A stretch of DNA of 32,000 bases from an uncultured Nitrososphaerota archaeon (GCA_964480775.1 CAYZRF010000009.1:30001-62000), one strand, 5' to 3'. Shown: positions 8,927 through 17,751, counted from the first letter of the stretch. Notes: generated by a model not told the origin, from the sequence alone. Translations and numbers: made by a program.

Positions 8927-9874
8927 ATGAAAGCGTGCAGAAAGAAGTTTCTAGCGTTAGGCCACCTCACAATAGATGAGTTATTTCACGAAGGAAAGAA
9001 AATTAGAGAGAGAATGGGTGGCTCTGTTGCATATGGCTCTTTAGCTGCTGCCTCCATGGGATGGAAAGCAAGCATAGTTTCAGTTATTGGAGAAGATATG
9101 CCAGAGAGCTTTCTTCATAAGCTTCATTCCAGCGGAGTTGATCTTTCTAATGTAAGGATGAGTGGTAAGCACAGTACAAGATTTCAAGTCGAAGTATCAG
9201 GTTCAAGAAGAGTTCTTTCGAAGCCAAGAAGCGCTCCAGCTTTACAATCCTTCGACATTCCAAGAGATCTAAAGGACTATGACATCTTCTTCTTTGGTCC
9301 AATAGGAGGAGAAATTGGTGTGGATCTCATAGATAAAATCAGAAAAGAAGCAAAAGGTATTTTTGCCGTCGATTTGCAAGGTTTCCTAAGGAAATTTAGT
9401 CCTAGTGGGGAGATGATTTTGGTAAAGAACGAAGATGCTCTCATAGCCTGTTCTTATTGTGATGTTGTTCACCTAGGCTTAGAAGAATATTTTGCTCTAA
9501 CAGGAACAGCAAAGTTGTATAAAGGAATAGAAATGCTTCTAGACGTGGGAGCCATAGTAATTTCCATAACTATGGGAGAAAGGGGAGCTATAGTTGCTGA
9601 CAAAGAGAAAATCCTTCACATACCAGCAATTAAACCTAAGAGAGTAGTAGATGATGTTGGAGCTGGAGACGTATTCTTAGCAGTTCTTTCTGTGTGTATA
9701 GCAGAAAATAAGGGTCTTGTGGTTTCTTCAGCTATAGCGACTGCCGCCGCATCTCTATCAATAGAACTCGACGGACCACACCTACTTAACAAGAACGAGA
9801 TAGATAGAATGTCAAAGATCGTTATACCCTTGATAACTCGCGCTTCTGATAACTTTCAATTTTCGAATTTATAG
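8927..9874 (+). CDS. PfkB-family carbohydrate/nucleoside kinase
   Basis: ATG at 8927 is preceded by GGTGAT (4-nt spacer). The track ORF starts at TTG 8882. 'GGSVAYGSLAAASMG' and the variant second signature 'DDVGAGDVFLAV' are present. Confidence 0.75.
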   Translation: MKACRKKFLALGHLTIDELFHEGKKIRERMGGSVAYGSLAAASMGWKASIVSVIGEDMPESFLHKLHSSGVDLSNVRMSGKHSTRFQVEVSGSRRVLSKPRSAPALQSFDIPRDLKDYDIFFFGPIGGEIGVDLIDKIRKEAKGIFAVDLQGFLRKFSPSGEMILVKNEDALIACSYCDVVHLGLEEYFALTGTAKLYKGIEMLLDVGAIVISITMGERGAIVADKEKILHIPAIKPKRVVDDVGAGDVFLAVLSVCIAENKGLVVSSAIATAAASLSIELDGPHLLNKNEIDRMSKIVIPLITRASDNFQFSNL

Positions 9875-9988
9875 GTGGTTATTGGTGAGTTTCTCTTCTC
9901 ATTGAATTTACTTATAACTAAAAGACAATATAGGAGAGAGGAAACTGAATATTGCAAGCTTTTAGGTGAACAGGCGAGTTGTAAAGTG

Positions 9989-10450
9989 ATGTCAATACCA
10001 ATCGAGATCGTTGAGGTTGAGGGAGAAAGCTGGTGTACAGTACTTAAACAAATGGCTAAACAACTGGTAGATAAAGGATATGTCAAGGAATCTTATGTAA
10101 ATGCCCTTATCGAGAGAGAAAAGAACTATCCCACTGGAATTAAAATCCCTTCAGGGATCAATGTTGCCATACCTCATGCCGATATAGAACATGTCTTGAG
10201 ACAGGCACTAATAATTGGTGTACCTAAGAATCCCGTTATCTTCCACAACATTGAGGAGCCGAAGGAAACTATTAGCGTAGAACTCATTCTTCTACTTGTT
10301 ATTAAAGAACCAGAGGGTTATGTTAGCTTTCTCTCAAAGTTAACTCGACTCTTTCAGGATAAAGACTTTATAACATTTGCAAAGGGGAAATTATACAAAA
10401 AACTTGCTGATCTAATAGTAGAACGATGTCTTAAAGGAAAAAGTAAGTGA
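9989..10450 (+). CDS. PTS EIIA component, fructose/mannitol/Ntr (EIIA-2) type
   Basis: 'ALIEREKNYPTGIKIPSGINVAIPHA' matches the EIIA-2 core, including the phospho-His in 'AIPH'. A 153-aa product from ATG 9989 fits the domain size. The track ORF from GTG 9875 adds 38 non-conserved residues. Confidence 0.75.
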   Translation: MSIPIEIVEVEGESWCTVLKQMAKQLVDKGYVKESYVNALIEREKNYPTGIKIPSGINVAIPHADIEHVLRQALIIGVPKNPVIFHNIEEPKETISVELILLLVIKEPEGYVSFLSKLTRLFQDKDFITFAKGKLYKKLADLIVERCLKGKSK

Positions 10451-10593
10451 TCTCGATTTCTGCCAAGGCAAAACCCTCCTCATAAAACATCTGTTTGAAA
10501 TTAGCCTTCTTTTCTGTTTAAATCAGGTTTACAACATTAGATTGCTTCTCTTAGTTATAATTTAAAATAGAGGCGCTTTATTCATCTTTCAAG

Positions 10594-11856
10594 ATGCGAG
10601 TTTCCTTTCCATATGGAGAAAAGATCCTAAAAGCCGAGATATCTTGCGAAGTACTTGTTTCAAAAGAGATGCCAACAATCAAGAATCTTGAGCAAAGCAT
10701 TTGTGACTCGCTTGAGAAACCGATTAATTCTCAACCCCTTCCTAAGCTCGTTAAGAATGCTAAAAATGTGTTGATAATAATTCCTGATATTACAAGAGCA
10801 TGCCCGACTGAAATACTCTTAAGAAATGTTATTTCAGTTATTGAAAGATGTTCTAATGCGGAGATTAGAATACTGATTGCCACGGGACTCCATAGACCCG
10901 TTAATGAGATGGAAAAGGAGAGATTAGTCGGAAAGGAAATAAAGAGCAGATACGAAGTTTTAAATCACAGTGCAGACGGATCTGAGGACTTAATTGATCT
11001 GCAGAAGAAGACATTCTATGGTACTCCAGTTGAGGTCAATAGATACGTAATGGTTAGCGATGTAGTTGTAGCAATCGGGCTTATAGAGCCCCACTTCTTC
11101 GCAGGTTATAGCGGAGGAAGAAAAGCATTGCTCCCTGGCGTTGCAAGTGCAAGCGCTATTTTCAACAATCATGGATACAAAATGATAGGGCATCAGTTCT
11201 CTAGGTGCGGGATATTAGATGGAAACCCTGTTCATCAGGATATGATGGAGTTTATGAAGGTTACAAAGCTTGATTTTATTGTAAATGTTATATTAGACAA
11301 GGACAAAAGAATTTCTGGAATATTTTCTGGAGATCCCATGGTTGCTCATCTCACTGGAGTTAGAGAATTGGACAAGTATGTTAGAATACCTTATGAAAGA
11401 GAGGCTGAAATAGTAATAACCACTAACGGTGGCTATCCTCTTGATAGAGATATTTATCAGACTGTAAAAGGCATGGATACAGCGTCATATGTGGTCAAAA
11501 AGCAAGGCGTGATAATAATCGCATCAGAGTGCAGAGACGGTTTAGGAGGTCACGAAAGTTTTCTCAAAATCTTGGAAGGAACAAGCAATCCAAAGGAAAT
11601 CCTGGAACGAATTAAAACATTAGAACCCATCTATGACCAATGGGAAGCCCAAGTTTTGGCCAGAGTCCTGTCCAAGGCACGCGTTATTGTTGTCACAGAA
11701 AATATATCTGAGAAGACACTCAGAACTCTACAACTAATGCATGCAGATAATTTAGAAGAAGCATTAGAAATAGCTTATGGCATTGTTGGAAGAGATGCTA
11801 CAGTAGTATCAATTCCAGAAGGTCCCTACATAATTCCCAGCAAGTCTACAATATAG
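10594..11856 (+). CDS. larA: LarA-like nickel-pincer-dependent 2-hydroxyacid racemase/epimerase
   Basis: 420-aa ORF. It has 'PDITRACP', 'ATGLHRP' and 'EPHFFAGYSGGRKALLPGVASASAIFNNH'. The H-x9-K-x15-H spacing is that of the LarA catalytic His, NPN-tethering Lys and Ni-binding His. A TATA-like 'TTATAATTTAAAATA' lies about 30 nt upstream. Confidence 0.8.
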   Translation: MRVSFPYGEKILKAEISCEVLVSKEMPTIKNLEQSICDSLEKPINSQPLPKLVKNAKNVLIIIPDITRACPTEILLRNVISVIERCSNAEIRILIATGLHRPVNEMEKERLVGKEIKSRYEVLNHSADGSEDLIDLQKKTFYGTPVEVNRYVMVSDVVVAIGLIEPHFFAGYSGGRKALLPGVASASAIFNNHGYKMIGHQFSRCGILDGNPVHQDMMEFMKVTKLDFIVNVILDKDKRISGIFSGDPMVAHLTGVRELDKYVRIPYEREAEIVITTNGGYPLDRDIYQTVKGMDTASYVVKKQGVIIIASECRDGLGGHESFLKILEGTSNPKEILERIKTLEPIYDQWEAQVLARVLSKARVIVVTENISEKTLRTLQLMHADNLEEALEIAYGIVGRDATVVSIPEGPYIIPSKSTI

Positions 11857-11893
11857 ACATTAGTAGAAGTAGAAAATTCCTTATAACAAGTAG

Positions 11894-12337
11894 CTAACTA
11901 ACCAATATTTCGCCAACGACCTCAACTGGAATACAATGCTCTATACTCCTGGAGATATGACAGTAAGCTATTGCTAAGTCTAAACACTTTTTCGCGCCCT
12001 CAACATGCTCTTTCGGAGCATATCCTTTAACCTTAACCTTCATTTTTTTCAGCAAGTAGGCCCCTTTGACAAGTTCTACGTCAGACTCAGCCTCTAAATT
12101 AATGTCTTTTATCTGAATTCCTCTTTTCCTTATGAACCAAAGGAACGTTGTTAGGACACACCCACCTACCGAGGCCAAGAACAATTCATCTGGGCACACT
12201 CCTTCTCCAAATCCACCAAAGTCCTTAGGTGTATCTATTGTAAATGACTTTCCTCCCTCTGTTACTACAGAGGCACCAGTTCTACCATCCCACTGGATTT
12301 TAACCCTAAATTTCAATTTTTCTGCGAGTCCTGCCAT
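11894..12337 (-). CDS. OsmC/Ohr-family thiol peroxidase-like protein
   Basis: 'PDELFLASVGGCVLT' and 'AIAYCHISRS' correspond to the two conserved Cys regions of OsmC/Ohr. ATG at 12337 is preceded by GGAGGGGGAG. The track ORF begins 5 codons earlier at GTG 12352. Confidence 0.75.
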   Translation of the reverse strand: MAGLAEKLKFRVKIQWDGRTGASVVTEGGKSFTIDTPKDFGGFGEGVCPDELFLASVGGCVLTTFLWFIRKRGIQIKDINLEAESDVELVKGAYLLKKMKVKVKGYAPKEHVEGAKKCLDLAIAYCHISRSIEHCIPVEVVGEILVS

Positions 12338-12441
12338 GTTCTCCCCCTCCACCCAAGCATCAAATTAATTTAAGGGTAAATTCTCATAGCTGAAAAAGAC
12401 AGACTACTTTGTAAGACAGTTACTCCTATAGTATCTAAGTT

Positions 12442-13539
12442 TTAGCTTTTAAGAACCTCTGGATCTTCTAATTTCTTCTTTATTTTTCCTAAGAACTCAG
12501 AGGCTGGAACTCCATCAACAACTCTGTGGTCAAATACAAGGGATATATGTATGGTCGGTTTCGCACATAATTTATTCTCTACCACAGCAAGACTATGTGT
12601 AAGTGTTCCTACTCCCAAAATTGCTGATTGAGGAGGGTTTATTATTGGTATAAAGAATTTAACGTCTTTAGCTCCCAAGTTAGAAACCGTAAAGGTGCCA
12701 TTGGCTACATCCTCAGGAGACAAACCCTCTTCTCTAGCCTTTTTTGATAGATTTTCGATCTCGTTGCTGATCTCGACGAGCGATTTCTTGTCGGCGTTCT
12801 TTATCACAGGAACCACAAGACCTTGGGGCAAACTTACTGCCACTCCTACGTTTATATCTTCATATACTATTATCCTGTCTCCTTCTACACTGGAGTTTAG
12901 CATTGGATCTTCCCTTAGAGCTAAGGCGACGGCTTTAACTATCATGGCCGTAATAGAAATTTTCTTTCCATCTCTTGTTAGTCTTTTTCTCATTTCTAGC
13001 ACTTTGGTCATATCTACCTCAGCGATTATAGCAACACTTGGGATGGTTTGATGACTTTCAGTCATCCTTCTGGCTATTGTTTTTCTCATTCCTTCTATTC
13101 TAACTATTTTCATTATCTTTGGACCTTTTTCCTCCTTCTGTGCCATTTCAAGAGCTCTGATAACATCTTCTCTAACAATTCTTCCACCAGGGCCAGTACC
13201 CCTTATTTTTGAGATATCTAAACCATATTCCTTAGCTAATCTTCTTGCAGCAGGTGATATTTTGATCTTCTCCTTTGGAGGCAACTCTTCGCTCATTTCT
13301 TCGCCAGGAGCTGCGATTATAGCTATCGTCTCCGTAACAGGAACTTCATCTCCCTCTTTTGCTATTATCTTTCTTAATATGCCAGAGGCAGGGGCTTCTA
13401 CGGAGAAAATGGTTTTTTCGCCCTCAACTTTGACTATCGGTTCTCCCTCTTTAACTTCATCTCCCTCTTTTTTGAGCCATTCCACTATCTTTCCTGTCTC
13501 CATTCCAGGATCTATCCTTGGTAGGATCACTTTCTTCAT
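12442..13539 (-). CDS. 2-oxoacid dehydrogenase E2 (dihydrolipoamide acyltransferase), single lipoyl domain
   Basis: Lipoyl domain 'VKVEGEKTIFSVEAPASG', subunit-binding domain 'ISPAARRLAKEYGLDISKIRGTGPGGRIVREDV', catalytic 'DHRVVDG'. GGTGAT SD lies 3 nt before the ATG. Confidence 0.9.
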   Translation of the reverse strand: MKKVILPRIDPGMETGKIVEWLKKEGDEVKEGEPIVKVEGEKTIFSVEAPASGILRKIIAKEGDEVPVTETIAIIAAPGEEMSEELPPKEKIKISPAARRLAKEYGLDISKIRGTGPGGRIVREDVIRALEMAQKEEKGPKIMKIVRIEGMRKTIARRMTESHQTIPSVAIIAEVDMTKVLEMRKRLTRDGKKISITAMIVKAVALALREDPMLNSSVEGDRIIVYEDINVGVAVSLPQGLVVPVIKNADKKSLVEISNEIENLSKKAREEGLSPEDVANGTFTVSNLGAKDVKFFIPIINPPQSAILGVGTLTHSLAVVENKLCAKPTIHISLVFDHRVVDGVPASEFLGKIKKKLEDPEVLKS

Positions 13540-13549
13540 TATATCACCG

Positions 13550-14521
13550 CTATACTATCTCTTTAATGGTTTTCACTATGTCATCACTCCAAACCATATA
13601 TTGTTTTTCCAACGGAGGAGAAAAGGGTATAGGGACGTCAGGGGATGTAACTCTCATTATTGGCGCATCTAAGTAATCAAATGCTCCCTCCACTATGGTT
13701 GCTGTGAGTTCTGCTGTCACACTTCCTGTTTTGTGATCGTCTGCGGCTACTACAGCTCTGCCAGTCTTCTTAACAGAATCTACGATTGTTTTTCTGTCTA
13801 GTGGGCTCAAAGTCCTTGGATCTATGACTTCAACGCTAATTCCATCTCTTTCAAGCTCTTCAGCTGCTTTTAATGCTTCAACAACCATTCTAGAAACAGC
13901 TACCACCGTAACATCTTCTCCCTCCTTTTTTATGTCTGCAGAGCCTAATGGAATCTCATAAGGTTCTTCTGGCACTGGTCCTTTGGATCTGTATAGAAGG
14001 CCACACTCTATAAACAGAACTGGGTTATCATCCCTTATAGCGCTTATTAGCATTCCTTTGGCATCATAAGGCGTAGAAGGTAGCGCCACCTTAAGCCCTG
14101 GTACGTTCATGTACCAAACAGGGAAGAACTCAGAGTGTTGAGACGCATGAGCTCTTCCTAAGCTATATTGAGTTCTAACAACTATTGGGACTCTTAGCTT
14201 TCCTCCAGAGGTAAAGGACATTTTAGCTGCCTGGACCACCAGTTGTTCGGTGGCAATCGGCAGAAAGTCCATGTACATTATCTCGGCTACTGGCCTTAAG
14301 CCCATAAGAGCTGCTCCTATTGCTGCTCCAACTATCGCTGCCTCTGAGATGGGGGTATCCCTGACCCTCTCCTGACCGAACTCGTCCAATAGACCTTTTA
14401 ATACTTTAAAGGCGCCCCCATAAACCCCAATGTCTTCTCCAAGAAGAAAGACATTTTGATCTCTTTGCATTTCCTGCCTTAAAGCTTCTCTTATTGCTTC
14501 TGCATAGGTGATTTCCCTCAT
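13550..14521 (-). CDS. 2-oxoacid dehydrogenase E1 component, beta subunit
   Basis: 323-aa ORF with typical E1-beta/transketolase-like motifs ('GEDIGVYGGAFKV', 'RVRDTPISEAAIVGAAIGAA'). The start overlaps the E1-alpha stop by 4 nt. Confidence 0.9.
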   Translation of the reverse strand: MREITYAEAIREALRQEMQRDQNVFLLGEDIGVYGGAFKVLKGLLDEFGQERVRDTPISEAAIVGAAIGAALMGLRPVAEIMYMDFLPIATEQLVVQAAKMSFTSGGKLRVPIVVRTQYSLGRAHASQHSEFFPVWYMNVPGLKVALPSTPYDAKGMLISAIRDDNPVLFIECGLLYRSKGPVPEEPYEIPLGSADIKKEGEDVTVVAVSRMVVEALKAAEELERDGISVEVIDPRTLSPLDRKTIVDSVKKTGRAVVAADDHKTGSVTAELTATIVEGAFDYLDAPIMRVTSPDVPIPFSPPLEKQYMVWSDDIVKTIKEIV

Positions 14522-15546
14522 CTAAATGTCACCTCCTCAAGAATGTCGAAAGGTGGAAAATCACTTCTTTTAGAAAATTCCACGGCTTCTTCTATCTCTT
14601 CTCTAACCTCGCGCTCAAGTTTTTTGAGTTCTTCGCTGGATAGTATTCTGAGTTCCAATAACAATCTTGAGAACCTATTTATGGGATCTAGCTCTTGCCA
14701 TCTTTTTTCCTCTTCTTTAGATCGATACTCAGCTTTGTCATAAACTCCATGGCCTTTCATTCTGTAGGTTAAAAACTCAATTAACGTCGGACCTTCTCCT
14801 CTTTCTGCTCGCTCTTTCGCCTTTATAGCAGCCTTATAGACCGATAGAACGTCATTTCCGTCCACGATCATACCTGGAATCCCGTATGCAATAGCCCTAA
14901 AAGCAACTCTTCCGCAAGTAACTGCCTTGTTCGCAGGCATCGATATCGCATATTGATTATTTTCACATGCAAAAATTACAGGAAGCTTCCAAAATGAAGC
15001 AAGATTAAGGGCTTCGTGCCAAGCACCAGTGTTTGCCGCTCCATCGCTAAAGAAAGCTACTGAAACTCCTGATTTTCCGCTGTATTTTAAAGCCAAGCCC
15101 GCTCCTACAGCAATAGGCACGCTGCTACCAACTATTGCTGATGCCCACATCGCTCCTTTTTCAGGATCTATGCATGCATGCATAGATCCGCCAAGCCCTT
15201 TGCAAACACCAGTAACTTTGCCAAACAATTCGGCCATCACTTCTTTTGGAGAAATATCCATTGCTAGGGCGTGACCATGACCTCTGTGTGTGCTAAAAAC
15301 ATAGCCATTTCCCTTTATCGCAGAACAGACTCCAACTGCTATTGCTTCCTCGCCAAAATAGAGGTGAGCCGCTCCCTTTAAGGCAGCTTCGTATACATAG
15401 AGTTTTTCTACTTTTTCTTCAAATATCCTTATCTCTAACATTTTTCTGAGCATTTGAATCAATTCACTTTTCTCTAATCCTATTTCGTAAATTTCCGAAG
15501 GATCTATCCCTTTTATTTCCTCTATTTCCCATTCTAGTTTAGTCAA
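14518..15546 (-). CDS. 2-oxoacid dehydrogenase E1 component, alpha subunit (TPP-binding)
   Basis: 342-aa ORF with a TTG start. The TPP motif is 'FFSDGAANTGAWHEALNLASFWKLPVIFACENNQYAIS'. Substrate (pyruvate, branched-chain or acetoin type) is not assignable by eye. Confidence 0.88.
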   Translation of the reverse strand: MTKLEWEIEEIKGIDPSEIYEIGLEKSELIQMLRKMLEIRIFEEKVEKLYVYEAALKGAAHLYFGEEAIAVGVCSAIKGNGYVFSTHRGHGHALAMDISPKEVMAELFGKVTGVCKGLGGSMHACIDPEKGAMWASAIVGSSVPIAVGAGLALKYSGKSGVSVAFFSDGAANTGAWHEALNLASFWKLPVIFACENNQYAISMPANKAVTCGRVAFRAIAYGIPGMIVDGNDVLSVYKAAIKAKERAERGEGPTLIEFLTYRMKGHGVYDKAEYRSKEEEKRWQELDPINRFSRLLLELRILSSEELKKLEREVREEIEEAVEFSKRSDFPPFDILEEVTFR

Positions 15547-15751
15547 GACCTTATCCCAAGGTGATTTCAGGCCTTTACTATTATATTTTTGTGATAATGG
15601 TTTTCAGCAACCATTAACTCGAAGGTAAAGGTAAAAAGATCCAAAGGATACATTGATCGTCCTTACAGTTAAAAGTGCTTTAACAGGAATGATAATGTAG
15701 GATACTAGGTAGAAGAACGAGGCCCCGAGATGATGTCAAGGAGGGACAGAG

Positions 15752-16027
15752 ATGGCTAGGGTGGAAACGACTGTAAAGCTCCTGAACAAGGTAGGACTAC
15801 ATGCCAGACCAGCATCGTTATTTGTTCAAGCCGCAAAGAAGTTTAAGTCTCAAATCAAAGTCAAGAAAGATGGAAATGAAGTTGACGCAAAGAGCATCCT
15901 AGGAGTTTTATCCTTAGGGGCTGAATGCGGACATACCATAACAATTACTGCAGAAGGACCTGATGCAGAAGAAGCGATTAATGAGCTTGTCTCTTTGGTT
16001 AAGAACAAGTTCGGGGAGGAAGAGTAA
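15752..16027 (+). CDS. ptsH: Phosphocarrier protein HPr
   Basis: 91-aa ORF. 'NKVGLHARPAS' contains the His15 site and 'AKSILGVLSLG' the Ser46-like region. AGGAGGG SD (15739-15745) lies 6 nt upstream. Confidence 0.9.
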   Translation: MARVETTVKLLNKVGLHARPASLFVQAAKKFKSQIKVKKDGNEVDAKSILGVLSLGAECGHTITITAEGPDAEEAINELVSLVKNKFGEEE

Positions 16028-16029
16028 CA

Positions 16030-17751
16030 GTGGAAAAACTAAAAGGAATACCAGCATCGCCAGGCATAGCAATTGGAAGGGCCTTCATATTCAAGAGTGA
16101 AAGGAGGGAGGTTGTGAAAAAAGAGATTCCTCCCGAGCTTATTGATACGGAAATAAATAGATTTAATCAAAGTTTAGGGAAAGCAAAAGAATTTCTAACA
16201 GAATTGATGGAAAAAGTTAGAAGAGAGGTAGGAGAGGAGGAGGCGAAGATTTACGAGGCTCAACTAATGATGCTTGAGGACGAATCTTCATTTATCGAAC
16301 CAGTGAAGAAGATGATTTCTAATAAGAAAGTTTGCGCAGAGTTTGCCGTTGAAAAAGTTCTCGATGAGATTATTGCCATATTCAAGAAAATGGATAACGA
16401 GTACATGAGAGAACGCGCAACTGACGTTAAAGACGTAAAAGAACTCGTAATAAGCTTTCTGTCTGGAAAAAAGAGAGGAGTCAAAGAATTAACAACAAAG
16501 TGTGTTATAGTAGCAAGTGAACTCTTACCGAGCGACATAGCTGCTCTTAACAAAAGAATGGTCTTGGCGTTTGTGACAGAGACTGGAGGATCTACCTCTC
16601 ATGTCGCGATAATAGCTAGGACTCTTAAGATTCCAGCAGTGGTAGGGATAGAGAACCTGTCTAACAGGGTTAAAGAAGGAGACATGCTTATCGTTGATGG
16701 ATATGAGGGATTATTATTACTCAATCCAACAGAGGAGATTGTGTCTCTCTATCAAAAGAAGAAGAAAGAAGGGGAAGTAATGTTCGTTGAACTGGTTAAA
16801 GAAGCAAAACTACCAGCAACTACAAAAGATGGATTTAGATTTAAGGTCTTTGCTAATGTTGGCAATTTGGAAGATGTAAAAAAAGCAATTGAGTATGGGG
16901 CTGAAGGCATAGGTCTTCTTAGGACGGAATTCATGTATACGGAAAGAGAAAATATGCCTACCGAAGAAGAACTCTTTCAAACCTTTCTCGAAATAAGCAA
17001 GTTAATGGGCGACAAACCAATCATCATCAGAACTTTGGATATCGGGTGTGATAAGCCGCTTCCATATCTTGAAATGCCCAAGGAAGCAAACCCTTTCCTT
17101 GGCTGGAGGGGTATTAGATTAACTCTAGAAAACCCTGAGATACTAAAAATCCAGTTTAGAGCGGTCTTGAGAGCTTCAACAAAAGGGACCTTCAAGATTA
17201 TGTTTCCCATGGTAACAACGTTGGAGGAAGTCGTAAAGGCAAAAGAAATTTTAAAAGAAGTCTCAAAAGAGTTAAGTATCGAAAAAATCTCTTTTAAAGA
17301 AGTTAAAGTAGGAACTATGATCGAAACTCCAGCTTCAGCTATGATTGTAGATATCCTTGCTAAGGAGGTGGATTTCTTTAGCATTGGAACTAATGATTTG
17401 GTTCAGTATCTAATGGCTGCAGATCGAGGAAACGCAAGAGTTTCAGGACTCTATAGGCCTTTTCATCCAGCAGTTTTAAGGATGATACACAAAATAATTG
17501 AGGATGCTCATAAAGCTGGAAAAGAAGTTGGAATGTGTGGAGAAATGGCATCAGATCCAAAAGCAATTCCTATCCTTGTAGGAATGGGTTTGGACGAGTT
17601 TAGCATGAGTCCGTCTTCGATTCCGAGGGCTAAAAAAGTGATAAGGTCCATAAGTAAAAAGGAGGCTGTTAACCTCCTGCGAGAAGTCTTAAAGGCTAAG
17701 ACTATTTCAAATGTATTAGAAAAAGTTTCAAAATTTAGAATTGAGTTTTGA
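16030..17751 (+). CDS. ptsI: PEP-protein phosphotransferase (PTS Enzyme I)
   Basis: 573-aa ORF with a GTG start 2 nt after the ptsH stop. Phospho-His motif 'GGSTSHVAIIARTLKIPAVVG', PEP-utilising C-domain 'IGTNDLVQY' and 'GMCGEMASDP'. Confidence 0.92.
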   Translation: MEKLKGIPASPGIAIGRAFIFKSERREVVKKEIPPELIDTEINRFNQSLGKAKEFLTELMEKVRREVGEEEAKIYEAQLMMLEDESSFIEPVKKMISNKKVCAEFAVEKVLDEIIAIFKKMDNEYMRERATDVKDVKELVISFLSGKKRGVKELTTKCVIVASELLPSDIAALNKRMVLAFVTETGGSTSHVAIIARTLKIPAVVGIENLSNRVKEGDMLIVDGYEGLLLLNPTEEIVSLYQKKKKEGEVMFVELVKEAKLPATTKDGFRFKVFANVGNLEDVKKAIEYGAEGIGLLRTEFMYTERENMPTEEELFQTFLEISKLMGDKPIIIRTLDIGCDKPLPYLEMPKEANPFLGWRGIRLTLENPEILKIQFRAVLRASTKGTFKIMFPMVTTLEEVVKAKEILKEVSKELSIEKISFKEVKVGTMIETPASAMIVDILAKEVDFFSIGTNDLVQYLMAADRGNARVSGLYRPFHPAVLRMIHKIIEDAHKAGKEVGMCGEMASDPKAIPILVGMGLDEFSMSPSSIPRAKKVIRSISKKEAVNLLREVLKAKTISNVLEKVSKFRIEF

